The position numbers and the translations under genes were made by a program. Shown piece by piece: positions 30,801-39,626 of a stretch of 64,000 nucleotides of DNA (positions are counted from its first letter, which is position 1; every line of letters begins with the position of its first letter). Origin of the DNA: an uncultured Clostridia bacterium (lineage in GTDB: Bacteria > Bacillota > Clostridia > TANB77 > CAG-508); contig CAKPEG010000007.1 in NCBI GenBank assembly GCA_934149275.1, positions 24-64,023 of the forward strand. Reading direction: 5' to 3'. The notes under the pieces were generated by a model. That model was not told where the DNA came from and searched no databases. It saw only the letters and a program-made list of their open reading frames with translations.

Positions 30801-33800
30801 GAAGAAAAAATGAATTTGTAATGAGAACTTCCTCAACCAATATAGGATTAGAAATATTATCAATAATATCAGCATACGATTTAAGATTTATTACACTAGA
30901 TAAAGCATTAGAAATGATTAAAAAAGTAATTAATACAATAAACAAATTAGTAAAATGGAATGGACACTTATATAATTGGTACAACATAAAAACACTAGAA
31001 CCATTGAAACCAGAATATGTATCAACAGTTGACAGCGGAAATTTCATTGGATATTTGTATGTGTTAAGAAATTTTTTAATCACTAAAAAAATAGATGATG
31101 ATTTATTAAAAAATGTTGAACAAATCATAAATAATACAGACTTTAATTATTTATATGATGAAAAACAACGATTATTTTCAATAGGATTTGATATATCTAG
31201 CAATAAATTAAGTGATTCTTATTATGACTTCTTAGCGTCCGAAGCAAGACAAGCAAGCTTTATAGCAATAGCAAAAAAAGATATAAAATATAAACATTGG
31301 ATTAATTTAAGTAGAACATTAACTTCATTAAATGGATACAAAGGATTAATATCATGGTCAGGTACAGCGTTTGAATATACAATGCCAAATTTAATAATGG
31401 AAATACCAGAAGGAAGTTTGATAGATGAAGCATGTAAATTTGCTAGAAGATGTCAAATTGAATACGCAAACAAAAATAATGTACCATGGGGAATATCAGA
31501 ATCAGCATATTCTTTAAAAGATCTCCAAGGAAACTACCAGTACAAAGCTTTTGGTATTCCAATGTTAGGACTAAAAAGAGGTTTAGAAGAAGAGTTAGTT
31601 ATTAGCCCATATGCAACAATTTTATTTTTAGAATATGACATAAACCAAGTGGTTGAGAATTTAAAAGAAATTGAAAAATATAATATGAGATCGAAATATG
31701 GATTTTATGATGCACTAGATTTTACAAGAGAAAGAATAAGTGTAAGAAAAAAATATGAACCAGTAAAAACGTATATGGCACATCATCAAGGCCTAATTCT
31801 AAATACAATAAATAACATATTAAACAAAGACATACTAAGAAAAAGATTTATGAAAAATCCAGAAATAGAGTCGATAAAAATTTTATTAAATGAAAGAATG
31901 CCAGACACAGTAGTATTGTCAAAAGAAAAGAGAAATAATGTAAGCAAAGGAAAATATGTAAGCATATATGATGATAAGGAAACTGTATATTTATCAGATG
32001 AAAAATATGATAGGTATAATGCAATATCAAGTGACGATTATACTAATGTTATAGATATCCATGGAAGAGGGTATAGTAAGTTAAACAATATTCAGATAAA
32101 TAGATTTAGAAATAGAATAGATTGTGATGAAGGAATAGGTGTATATTTTAAAAATTTACAAACAAAAAAAATATGGAGCAGTTTTGAAAGTGATAAAGTT
32201 ATATTCTCACAAGGAAAAGAAGAATTTATAAAACAAGAAGAAAATATAGAAACGAAAGTTAAAGTATTTTTAGCACCAGACGAATCAGCAGAAATAAGAC
32301 AAATAAATTTAAAAAATACAGGAATTTTAAAAGGGATAATAGAAACTTATTTTTTCTTAGAACCAATATTATCAAACATTCAAGATGACATTGCACATCC
32401 AGCATACAACAACATGTTTTTAAAATTCAACTATTTGGCAGATAAGAAAATTTTGCTATGCTCAAGAAAAATAAATGATAAAGAAATATATTTAGGAATA
32501 AAAATAATTACAAACGAAAACCAAGAATTAGAGTTCGAACTGGAAAAAGAAAAATTTATTGGACGTAACAGTAAAATTCCAAAGGCAATATTAGATTCAA
32601 GTAAATTCTCAAATGAAGAAATAGAAACGGTAGAACCAATAATAGCTTTTAGAACTAAGACAGAAATAGAACCACAAAAAGAAGAAAAAATAAATTGCAT
32701 TATGCATGTATCAGAAGAAAAAGATGAAATCATAAAATATTTAACCGAAATTAATTCAGAAAAAGTTGAAACGATTTCAGAGCTTGCAAAAGCAAAGAGT
32801 GAAGAAGAAATAAAATTCTTAGAAATCAATGGAGAGAAAATAGAAAATAATCAAAAAATATTAGGACACCTAATTGAAAAGGACATACCAAGAGAAGTTA
32901 ATACAACGTATAAGATTGAAGAAGTTTGGAAATTTGGAATTTCTGGAGATAATCCAATTATACTATTAGAAATGAAAAATATAGAAGAACTATACGTATT
33001 AGAAGAATTATTAGAGACAATTGAATTCTTTAATGTTAAAAATATACGAATAGACTTATGTGTATTAAATAACGAAAAAATGAGTTATGAAACATTTGTG
33101 AAAGATGGAATAAATGAAGTTATAAAAAATCATAGATTAGAATATTTAAGAAATAATCAAATATTTGTATTAAATAAAAATGAGTTAACACCTAAAGATA
33201 TTGAAACAATAGAAACAATTGCAGATATCAAATTATTTGGAAATATTGGAGGAATAAAAAACAATCTTGAAGAAATAGAAAATAATAAAAAAGAAGAAGT
33301 TCAAATGCAATACAAAGAAATAGGCACAAGCGAAAAAATAGCAGAAGACGAATTAGAATATGACAACAGAATAGGCGGATTTACAAAAGATGAATATATT
33401 TTAAAAATTGAAAAAGACAATATACCACCACGAGCATGGAGCAACATAATTGCTAACAAAAAATTTGGAACAGTAACTACAGAAAATAGTGGAGGATATA
33501 CTTGGATAGAAAATAGTAGATTAAAAAGAATTACAACATGGGAAAATGATGCTATACAGGATTTTAAATCAGAAGAAATTATTATTAAAGATATAGATAA
33601 TAATGAATATTGGAATTTGGGAAATAATGCTGAAAAAAATTCTTATCAAGTTAAATATGGAATGGGATATTCAAAATATATGCAAATAAATAATGACTTA
33701 ATCCAGGAAAATACAATATTAGTTCCACTAGAAGAAGAAATAAAAATAAACCACATAACAATAAAAAATAAAGACAGAAATAAAAGAAGATTACATTTAT

Positions 33801-35692
33801 ATTATGCTATAAATGTAAGTATGGGAGAGGAAAAGCAAAAAAATATTGGAAAAATAAAAGCAACTAAAAATGATAATTTTATTGAATTAGAAAATATATG
33901 CAAAACAAATTTTGAAGATAAAATAGAAATAACAGCCAGTGAAAAAATAAAATCATATACAAACAATTATCATAATTTTTTCTCAAATGATATGAATCCG
34001 AAAAAAGGAGTAAATAAGAAAGAATTAAAGCCAGAAGGAAATATACTAATAAAAAATGAAATTATAATAGAAATACCAGTAGAAATAGAAGGATTTGAAC
34101 GAAAAACAGTTGATATATTGCTTGGAAAAGGTTTAAGAAAATATGTAGAAAACTGTAATACAGAAAAAGAATTAGAAAACATAGAACAATACTGGAAAGA
34201 TAAAACAGAAAAAATAAAAATTAAAACACCGTCTGAGAAAATAAATTTATATATGAACAAGTGGCTGATATATCAAACAATAACAAGTAGATTAAATGCG
34301 AAAACAGGATTTTATCAATCAGGAGGAGCGATAGGCTTTAGAGATCAACTACAAGATGCGTTAGGAATGAAATGGATAGATGAAAAAATATTATACAATC
34401 AAATTTTAGAAGTAGCAAAACATCAATTCATAGAAGGAGACGTTATGCACTGGTGGCATGTTAGCAATAAAACTGGAATACGTACAAGAATTTCAGATGA
34501 TCTATTATGGCTACCATATAGCGTAATGGAGTATATAGAATTTACAGATGATGAATCAATATTAGACGAAGAAGTTAAGTATACGAAAGGAATTCAGCTT
34601 GATGATGGGAAAAACGAAAAATACGGAAAATATGAATATACAGAAGAAAAAGGAACAATATATGAACATTGTATAAAGGCAATTGAAAAAAGTTTGAATT
34701 TTGGCGAAAATGGATTCCCTAAAATAGGCACAGGAGACTGGAATGATGGCTTCAATAGGATAGGAAATAAAGGAAAAGGAGAAAGTATTTGGCTTGGATT
34801 TTTCTTATATGATATTTTAAATAGATGGGAAAAAATCTTAGAAAAGAAAAATGAAATAGAAAAAATAAATAGATACAAAGAAATAAAAAATGTATTAAGA
34901 AAAAATTTAAATGCAAAAGCATGGGATGGTCAATGGTATCAAAGAGCTATTATGGATGATGGAGATATAATAGGAAGTAGCAAGTGTAAAGAAGGAAAAA
35001 TTGATAGTATTGCACAGAGCTGGTCTATTATTTCAGAAGCGGGAGATAATGAGAAAAAATACATTTCATTAGAATCAGCAAAAAAATATTTAATTGATGA
35101 AGAAAATAAAATAATAAAATTGTTAACGCCACCATTTAAAGATGAAAAATTGGATCCGGGATATATAAAAAAATATCCTGCTGGAGTTAGAGAAAATGGA
35201 GGTCAATATACTCATAGTAGTATATGGCTTATAATGGCTTTTGCAAAAATGGGCTATCTTACAGAAGCTGTAAAATATCTCGAGATGATAAACCCAATTA
35301 CTCATACCGAAAATATAGAAAAAGTTAAAAAATATAAAATTGAACCATATGTAATTGCAGGTGATGTATATACAAACAAATTTATGACAGGAAGAGGTGG
35401 ATGGAGTTGGTATACAGGTTCTAGCAGTTGGTATTATAAAGTATGTTTAGAAAATATTTTAGGATTGAAAAAAAGGGGAAATAAATTATATTTGCCAGAA
35501 AATATTCCGGAAAACTGGGAATGTTTCGAAATACAATACAGAAATGAAACAAATTTATACAATATAAAAGTTGAACGAAAAGCAGATAATCCAAAGAAAA
35601 GAGAGATTTTTCATAACGGAATAAAAATAGAAAAAAATTATATAGAGTTAAAAAATGATAACAAAATTGAAAACCTTGAAATAAAATTGTAA
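27803..35692 (+). CDS. cgs: Cyclic beta-1,2-glucan synthase-like giant enzyme (membrane GT84 glycosyltransferase + central glucan-cyclisation/GH144-related domain + C-terminal GH94 phosphorylase domain)
   Basis: GT84 motifs IITLDSDTN, ILSHDLLEGNYLR, ENRWIRGDWQ between multiple TM segments. Central domain TSSTNIGLEILS, HLYNWYNIKTLEPLKPEYVSTVDSGNF, WSGTAFEYTMP, PWGISESAY. GH94 motifs TRISDDLLWLP, GTGDWNDG, ENGGQYTHSSIW, GGWSWYTGSSSWYY. The size (2629 aa) and order match Cgs/NdvB/ChvB. Confidence 0.88.
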   Translation: MKNYQYLNIKGTNLEEAQLENYLIQLAEEHVISKQSEKNTYPIKKVEENFNNILETYELLNKHLKLGIKVHSAGEWLLDNFYIIEEIVRNIEKSMTIKKYVKLPGIANGKHKGFARVYVLASEIIAFSDESISEEKIIKAINSYQTRKILSMEEIWNIGIFMEIAIIQKISDICEKIYYSQIQKYKVENIYERLVELKPSQERIFKEKIKTQKQIEDLNYSFIEYMVYKLRRIGKKGNPYIEILEKQVNRLGTNTDDIVKKEHLYVATLKIKIGVCITSLKAINRISFQKVFEKTNKTEELLNNDPSGIFPKQTEDTKELYRAKIKKISAKTKISEIYITEEILRLANRYKEAVDREEKRKSHVGYYLIDEGIYELKEVILEKKVKRKSKKFLSRLYIYSIVVLPLLGDFEISELVGRTSISKIILFLILYIPLYTLILRIINYIISRIVKPLNIPKINYENGIDDECKTMVVIPTILDSKEKVEEMFKKIEIYYLANEDKNIFFTLLGDCTTSVKEVEKSDEDVINTGLQEKKRLNEKYNVSNKFNFVYRKRKWNPKEERYLGWERKRGLLIQFNELILKKEKTDFIANTLEDFDEKIKYIITLDSDTNLVLESAQKMIGAMSHILNKPVIKDGAVKIGYGIMQPRIGITLEDSQKTMFTKIFSSNPGIDFYTNAIFDIYQDCFKEGIFTGKGIYDLEVYQQLIKNELPENRILSHDLLEGNYLRCALLSDVVLLDSFPKQYLSYVERENRWIRGDWQIASWIEKVIFNKRNPINNISKFKIFDNLIRSILPISQLILFITAIGSKNFSLLLITLATIYISSILETINKIIFRKSITEEKIYADKKFYRNISGIRGTFLRNSIELTFLPTAALNSFLAIIKTLYRLRIGKKLLEWKTSDSVDKAVENTLEYYCQKMLFNILIGIIMFGLLNPLGMVVGTLWIFAPYIAWILGQSIARSRKIAKEDKEYLEKIAEETWKYFETSFTEENNYLVPDNYQLGRKNEFVMRTSSTNIGLEILSIISAYDLRFITLDKALEMIKKVINTINKLVKWNGHLYNWYNIKTLEPLKPEYVSTVDSGNFIGYLYVLRNFLITKKIDDDLLKNVEQIINNTDFNYLYDEKQRLFSIGFDISSNKLSDSYYDFLASEARQASFIAIAKKDIKYKHWINLSRTLTSLNGYKGLISWSGTAFEYTMPNLIMEIPEGSLIDEACKFARRCQIEYANKNNVPWGISESAYSLKDLQGNYQYKAFGIPMLGLKRGLEEELVISPYATILFLEYDINQVVENLKEIEKYNMRSKYGFYDALDFTRERISVRKKYEPVKTYMAHHQGLILNTINNILNKDILRKRFMKNPEIESIKILLNERMPDTVVLSKEKRNNVSKGKYVSIYDDKETVYLSDEKYDRYNAISSDDYTNVIDIHGRGYSKLNNIQINRFRNRIDCDEGIGVYFKNLQTKKIWSSFESDKVIFSQGKEEFIKQEENIETKVKVFLAPDESAEIRQINLKNTGILKGIIETYFFLEPILSNIQDDIAHPAYNNMFLKFNYLADKKILLCSRKINDKEIYLGIKIITNENQELEFELEKEKFIGRNSKIPKAILDSSKFSNEEIETVEPIIAFRTKTEIEPQKEEKINCIMHVSEEKDEIIKYLTEINSEKVETISELAKAKSEEEIKFLEINGEKIENNQKILGHLIEKDIPREVNTTYKIEEVWKFGISGDNPIILLEMKNIEELYVLEELLETIEFFNVKNIRIDLCVLNNEKMSYETFVKDGINEVIKNHRLEYLRNNQIFVLNKNELTPKDIETIETIADIKLFGNIGGIKNNLEEIENNKKEEVQMQYKEIGTSEKIAEDELEYDNRIGGFTKDEYILKIEKDNIPPRAWSNIIANKKFGTVTTENSGGYTWIENSRLKRITTWENDAIQDFKSEEIIIKDIDNNEYWNLGNNAEKNSYQVKYGMGYSKYMQINNDLIQENTILVPLEEEIKINHITIKNKDRNKRRLHLYYAINVSMGEEKQKNIGKIKATKNDNFIELENICKTNFEDKIEITASEKIKSYTNNYHNFFSNDMNPKKGVNKKELKPEGNILIKNEIIIEIPVEIEGFERKTVDILLGKGLRKYVENCNTEKELENIEQYWKDKTEKIKIKTPSEKINLYMNKWLIYQTITSRLNAKTGFYQSGGAIGFRDQLQDALGMKWIDEKILYNQILEVAKHQFIEGDVMHWWHVSNKTGIRTRISDDLLWLPYSVMEYIEFTDDESILDEEVKYTKGIQLDDGKNEKYGKYEYTEEKGTIYEHCIKAIEKSLNFGENGFPKIGTGDWNDGFNRIGNKGKGESIWLGFFLYDILNRWEKILEKKNEIEKINRYKEIKNVLRKNLNAKAWDGQWYQRAIMDDGDIIGSSKCKEGKIDSIAQSWSIISEAGDNEKKYISLESAKKYLIDEENKIIKLLTPPFKDEKLDPGYIKKYPAGVRENGGQYTHSSIWLIMAFAKMGYLTEAVKYLEMINPITHTENIEKVKKYKIEPYVIAGDVYTNKFMTGRGGWSWYTGSSSWYYKVCLENILGLKKRGNKLYLPENIPENWECFEIQYRNETNLYNIKVERKADNPKKREIFHNGIKIEKNYIELKNDNKIENLEIKL

Positions 35693-35779
35693 AAAAAATG
35701 AGAAAAAACTTGTACAAATTTTTTCTTTATGATATAAAATAATGTATGGATGTAATTAAAAAGAGAAAGGGGTATCCTC

Positions 35780-36529
35780 GTGGAAGAAGTAGATGTTGGA
35801 AGAGATTTTAATAGAAAAACTATTCTAGTAGTAGATGATGAAGAAAGTATAGTAGATTTATTAGTATATCATTTGCAAAAAGAAGGTTATAATACATTGC
35901 AAGCATATGATGGGGCATCTGCTGTAGAAATAGCCTTAAAAGAAAAACCAGATTTAATTTTATTAGACGTAATGTTACCTAAAATGGATGGAATTAGCGT
36001 GTGCAAAAGAATTAGGTATTCATTAAATGTACCAATATTAATGATATCAGCTAAAGACACAGAACTTGATAAAGTTGTTGGACTTGAAATGGGAGCAGAT
36101 GATTATATTACAAAGCCATTTCAACATAGAGAAGTAATGGCAAGAATTAAGGCAAACCTACGTAAAGCAGAGCTTGTTGCTCAAGCTGAAATGAAGACAG
36201 AGAGTATAGAAAATGAAGAAAACTTAATTGTTGTAGGTGACTTAACTCTTGATCTAAAAAAAGTTGAAGCAAAAGTAAAAGGCGAAGTAGTAGACTTAAC
36301 AATAAAAGAATTTGAAGTATTAAAATATTTAGCAGCACAACCAGGAGAAGTTGTAACAAGAGAAATGCTTTTAAAGAAAGTTTGGGGGTACGATGATTAT
36401 GTAGGAGCAATTCGTACAGTCGATGTTACAGTAAATAGAATAAGAGATAAAATAGAGAAAGATAAAGCTAATCCAAAAATATTAATAACTAAAAGAGGCG
36501 TAGGATATTACGTAGTCGGAAATAAATAA
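35780..36529 (+). CDS. OmpR-family response regulator (WalR/PhoP-like)
   Basis: Receiver domain ILVVDDEESIVDLL...DLILLDVMLPKMDG...GADDYITKPF. Winged helix LTIKEFEVLKYLA...VWGYDDYVGAIRTVDVTVNRIRDKIE...RGVGYYV. GTG start after AAAGGGG. Confidence 0.92.
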   Translation: MEEVDVGRDFNRKTILVVDDEESIVDLLVYHLQKEGYNTLQAYDGASAVEIALKEKPDLILLDVMLPKMDGISVCKRIRYSLNVPILMISAKDTELDKVVGLEMGADDYITKPFQHREVMARIKANLRKAELVAQAEMKTESIENEENLIVVGDLTLDLKKVEAKVKGEVVDLTIKEFEVLKYLAAQPGEVVTREMLLKKVWGYDDYVGAIRTVDVTVNRIRDKIEKDKANPKILITKRGVGYYVVGNK

Positions 36530-36555
36530 TATAAATATTACAAGAAAAATAAAAG

Positions 36556-36602
36556 TTGTAAAATAGATGTGAAATAATTACATTTGTTTTACAATTTTTT
36601 TT
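36556..36602 (+). terminator. Hairpin plus T-run between the response-regulator and kinase genes
   Basis: TTGTAAAA...TTTTACAA outer stem with extended imperfect pairing, followed by T8. Confidence 0.6.
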
Positions 36603-36664
36603 CTTTTTATTAAAAATGTAATTTCGTGTAAAAATAAAGAAGTAGTAAGAATACAAAAAAATGT

Positions 36665-36681
36665 GTTACAACTAGGTTACA
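36665..36681 (-). promoter_or_regulatory. WalR-consensus direct repeat upstream of the kinase promoter
   Basis: The + strand reads GTTACA-actag-GTTACA. The reverse strand reads TGTAAC-N5-TGTAAC, an exact fit to TGT(A/T)A(A/T/C)-N5-TGT(A/T)A(A/T/C). It lies 16 nt upstream of the -35. Confidence 0.5.
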
Positions 36682-36696
36682 AGTGATAACAAATAC

Positions 36697-36724
36697 TTGA
36701 ATATTCGAAGAATAGTGATATAAT
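36697..36724 (+). promoter_or_regulatory. Putative separate promoter for the histidine kinase gene
   Basis: TTGAAT (36697-36702), 16-nt spacer, TGA-TATAAT extended -10 (36716-36724), 30 nt before ATG 36754. Confidence 0.55.
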
Positions 36725-36753
36725 ATGTGCAAACACTTGCGTAGGAGTGAAAG

Positions 36754-38208
36754 ATGTTAAAAAGCATACAAATAAAAATAGTTTTGATATTTATGATACT
36801 CGGGATTTTAATGATAGGAATTCAAGGAGTATTATTTACGTCAGAATTAGGGCAATTACAAAGTGCAATTCAAAATAATGAGAACGTTACTCAAGAGATA
36901 AATATTCAGATGCGAAACACACAAATTTTATCAATAGGTTTAATAGTTGTTTTCGCAGTAATTTCTGTTCTTGTGGGAATATTTGTTGCAAAAGTAGTAA
37001 TAAGTCCAATTTTGAAATTAGCAAAAAGTGCTGAAATAGTTGCAAAAGGCGGAAAATATCAAATAAAATATCTAGATGATGGAAAGTCTAAAACTGAAGT
37101 CGATGAACTTACAAAAGCATTTAATATGATGCACAGTGAATTAAACGAAAATCTAAAAGAAGTTTCAAGACAGAAAAAACAAATTGAAACTATACTTTTG
37201 CATATGAATGATGGAATACTTGCATTTAATATAGAAGGAAAAATAATTCACAAAAATAAAGCTGCAGACAAATTGCTAGATTTAACTGGCGATGAGAAAA
37301 ACTTTCAAGATGTATTTGATAAGATTGACTCAAATATAAATCTAGAAAAAATAATTTATTTAGAAAATTGGACATCAACGCAAGAAAGAGTTAGTGTTGG
37401 TGAAAAAACGCTAAACTTATTTTTTGCAGGATTTGAAGGCGAAGAAGGAAGACCAGAAGGAGCAATTGTTGTAATTCAGGACATAACAGAACATATTAAA
37501 CTAGATACAATGAGAACAGAATTTGTAGCAGATGTATCACATGAGTTAAAAACACCAATCACATCAATACTAGGATATTCAGATATATTATTAGAAGACG
37601 AATGCGATGAAGAAACAACGAAAAAGTTCTTAAAGCAAATATCAACACAAGGAAAAAGAATGGCAGAATTAGTTAGTGATTTACTAACGTTATCAAGATA
37701 TGACGCTGATATGATAAATAATAGAAAAGAAGAATTTGATCTTGCAGAAGTAGTAAAGGCAACATATGATAGTTTAAGCTTTGAGATTGATAAGAAAAAT
37801 CAAAAGGCAGAATGTTTTGTAACAGCAGACGTACCACATGTCATAGCAGATAAAGCTGGAATAGAAAGAGTAGTAACAAACATATTAACAAATGCAATCA
37901 AATACACACCAAAGAATGGAGAAATAAAAATCTATGTTGGATTTGTGTACAATGATGCATATATAAAAGTAATAGACAATGGAATAGGAATTCCAGAAGA
38001 AGACATAGAAAAAGTATTTGAAAGATTTTACAGAGTCGATAAAGCACGCAGTAGAGAAATGGGAGGAACAGGATTAGGTCTATCAATAGCCAAAGAAATT
38101 TTGGAGAAAAATAATTCAAAAATAAATATAAAAAGTGAATTAGGAAAAGGTACAGAAGTAGTAATACGAATACCTACTAAAAGAGAAGAAAAAGAGGATG
38201 TTGAATAA
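36754..38208 (+). CDS. Sensor histidine kinase (2 TM, short extracytoplasmic loop, HAMP, PAS, HisKA, HATPase; WalK/PhoR-like)
   Basis: H-box VSHELKTPITSILGYSDIL; N-box NILTNAIKYTP; G-boxes IDNGIGIP and GGTGLGLSIAKEI. Confidence 0.92.
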   Translation: MLKSIQIKIVLIFMILGILMIGIQGVLFTSELGQLQSAIQNNENVTQEINIQMRNTQILSIGLIVVFAVISVLVGIFVAKVVISPILKLAKSAEIVAKGGKYQIKYLDDGKSKTEVDELTKAFNMMHSELNENLKEVSRQKKQIETILLHMNDGILAFNIEGKIIHKNKAADKLLDLTGDEKNFQDVFDKIDSNINLEKIIYLENWTSTQERVSVGEKTLNLFFAGFEGEEGRPEGAIVVIQDITEHIKLDTMRTEFVADVSHELKTPITSILGYSDILLEDECDEETTKKFLKQISTQGKRMAELVSDLLTLSRYDADMINNRKEEFDLAEVVKATYDSLSFEIDKKNQKAECFVTADVPHVIADKAGIERVVTNILTNAIKYTPKNGEIKIYVGFVYNDAYIKVIDNGIGIPEEDIEKVFERFYRVDKARSREMGGTGLGLSIAKEILEKNNSKINIKSELGKGTEVVIRIPTKREEKEDVE

Positions 38209-38232
38209 AAATCAAAAAAGGATGGTTAGAAA

Positions 38233-38937
38233 ATGGGAGAGATATTTCAAAATACAACATTAAATTCGTCAGATAAGGCTATAATAATAGTTGCCGCAAT
38301 AACAATAATAGTACTAGTATTATTAATTATGTATAAGCTTGATAATTTACCAGATAATTATAAACTTAAGAAAAAAAATAAAAGCACTGAAGAAGATGAT
38401 AATAATGAAGAAAATATGAATGATGACGAAATAGAAGAGCATTTAGAAGAAGTTGATGATCATTCAGCTGAAGAAAAAATAGAGCAAATATTTAATAATA
38501 AACCAGAGGAAACTCAATCATCTCAATTAAGTGGAATTGATTTTGGAAATATGGACGACGATGACGAAGAAGCAAATAGTGATGATAGTTCAGAAAATTC
38601 AGAAGTATCAAAGATAGAAGAGAAAAAAGAAAAAGATGAAAATTCTATAAGCTCAAATGAAGAAAATAGTTTTACATCTAATCAAGAATCGTCAAATTCA
38701 CAAGAAATAAATATATTTTCAGAAGATACAAATACAGAAGATTCAAAACTAGAAGAATCTAAAAAAGAAGAAACAAAAGATGAAAATATAGATACAACGC
38801 CTGTAACAGATGAATTTTCAATGTTTACAGATGATGAACCAAAAAAAGAGGAGAAAGAAGGACCAAAGAAAACACCTGTAAAGAAAACAACAGAGAAAAA
38901 AACTACAACAAGAAAAAAGGCAACTGAGAAAAAATAA
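38233..38937 (+). CDS. Membrane-anchored, highly acidic low-complexity protein with basic K/T-rich tail (unknown function)
   Basis: One TM (AIIIVAAITIIVLVLLIMY), then D/E/S/N-rich sequence, ending KKTPVKKTTEKKTTTRKKATEKK. The start lies 25 nt after the kinase stop with RBS AAAGGATGG. No family recognised. Confidence 0.6.
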   Translation: MGEIFQNTTLNSSDKAIIIVAAITIIVLVLLIMYKLDNLPDNYKLKKKNKSTEEDDNNEENMNDDEIEEHLEEVDDHSAEEKIEQIFNNKPEETQSSQLSGIDFGNMDDDDEEANSDDSSENSEVSKIEEKKEKDENSISSNEENSFTSNQESSNSQEINIFSEDTNTEDSKLEESKKEETKDENIDTTPVTDEFSMFTDDEPKKEEKEGPKKTPVKKTTEKKTTTRKKATEKK

Positions 38938-38964
38938 ATCTAATAATGAAGAAAGGTAAAAAAA

Positions 38965-39609
38965 TTGAATCCAAAAATTAAGAATATTTTAGAATGGGTA
39001 TATTGTATAGTTATAGCAGTTGGATTAGCATTAATAGTTAGATGCTTTATTGGAACACCAACAATAGTAAAACAAAAATCAATGTATCCAACATTAAAAC
39101 CAGATCAAAGATTAATTTTAAATAGACTAGCAATAACATTTCACTCAGACATAAAAAGAGGAGAAATTATCACTTTTGAAGCTCCAAGTGTACTAAAAAT
39201 AAGTGAAGAAGACGCAGATATGTCAAATCCAGTAGCAATATATGAAAATGTTGATAGAAACATTTTTCAAAAGTTTGTTTACTATGGACTTGAATGGGGA
39301 AAGACAACATTTATTAAAAGAGTTATAGGCTTGCCAGGAGAACATATAGAAATAAAAAATAATAAAGTCTATATAAATGGCGAAGAATATAAAGAAGACT
39401 ACTTAGATTCATCTGTAGTAACAACACCATGTGATGGAGCTTTTACAGATTTTATTGTTCCAGAAGGATACATATTTGCAATGGGAGACAACAGACCACA
39501 AAGTACAGACTGTAGATCATTTGGTTGTATTCCAATAGATAAAATTGAAGGAAAAGTGGCATTTAGATTTTGGCCATTAAATACTTGGGGAAATCCAGAC
39601 AAAAAATAA
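38965..39609 (+). CDS. lepB: Signal peptidase I
   Basis: Catalytic Ser box KQKSMYPTL, Lys box FIKRVIGLPGE, box E GDNRPQSTDCRSFG. N-terminal TM. Confidence 0.93.
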   Translation: MNPKIKNILEWVYCIVIAVGLALIVRCFIGTPTIVKQKSMYPTLKPDQRLILNRLAITFHSDIKRGEIITFEAPSVLKISEEDADMSNPVAIYENVDRNIFQKFVYYGLEWGKTTFIKRVIGLPGEHIEIKNNKVYINGEEYKEDYLDSSVVTTPCDGAFTDFIVPEGYIFAMGDNRPQSTDCRSFGCIPIDKIEGKVAFRFWPLNTWGNPDKK

Positions 39610-39626
39610 AGAGTGGTGTGTAAAGC

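Noticed and set aside
28467-35717. Minus-strand ORFs inside cgs (e.g. 28467-28889, 32431-32829, 30793-31128)
   Set aside because: The reasoning is the same: they are antisense shadows within a 7.9-kb ORF with conserved GT84/GH94 motifs.
36617-36632. TGTAAT-ttcg-TGTAAA as another WalR box
   Set aside because: The spacer is 4 nt rather than 5 (10-bp rather than 11-bp phase), so it does not meet the consensus geometry. It is noted only as context.
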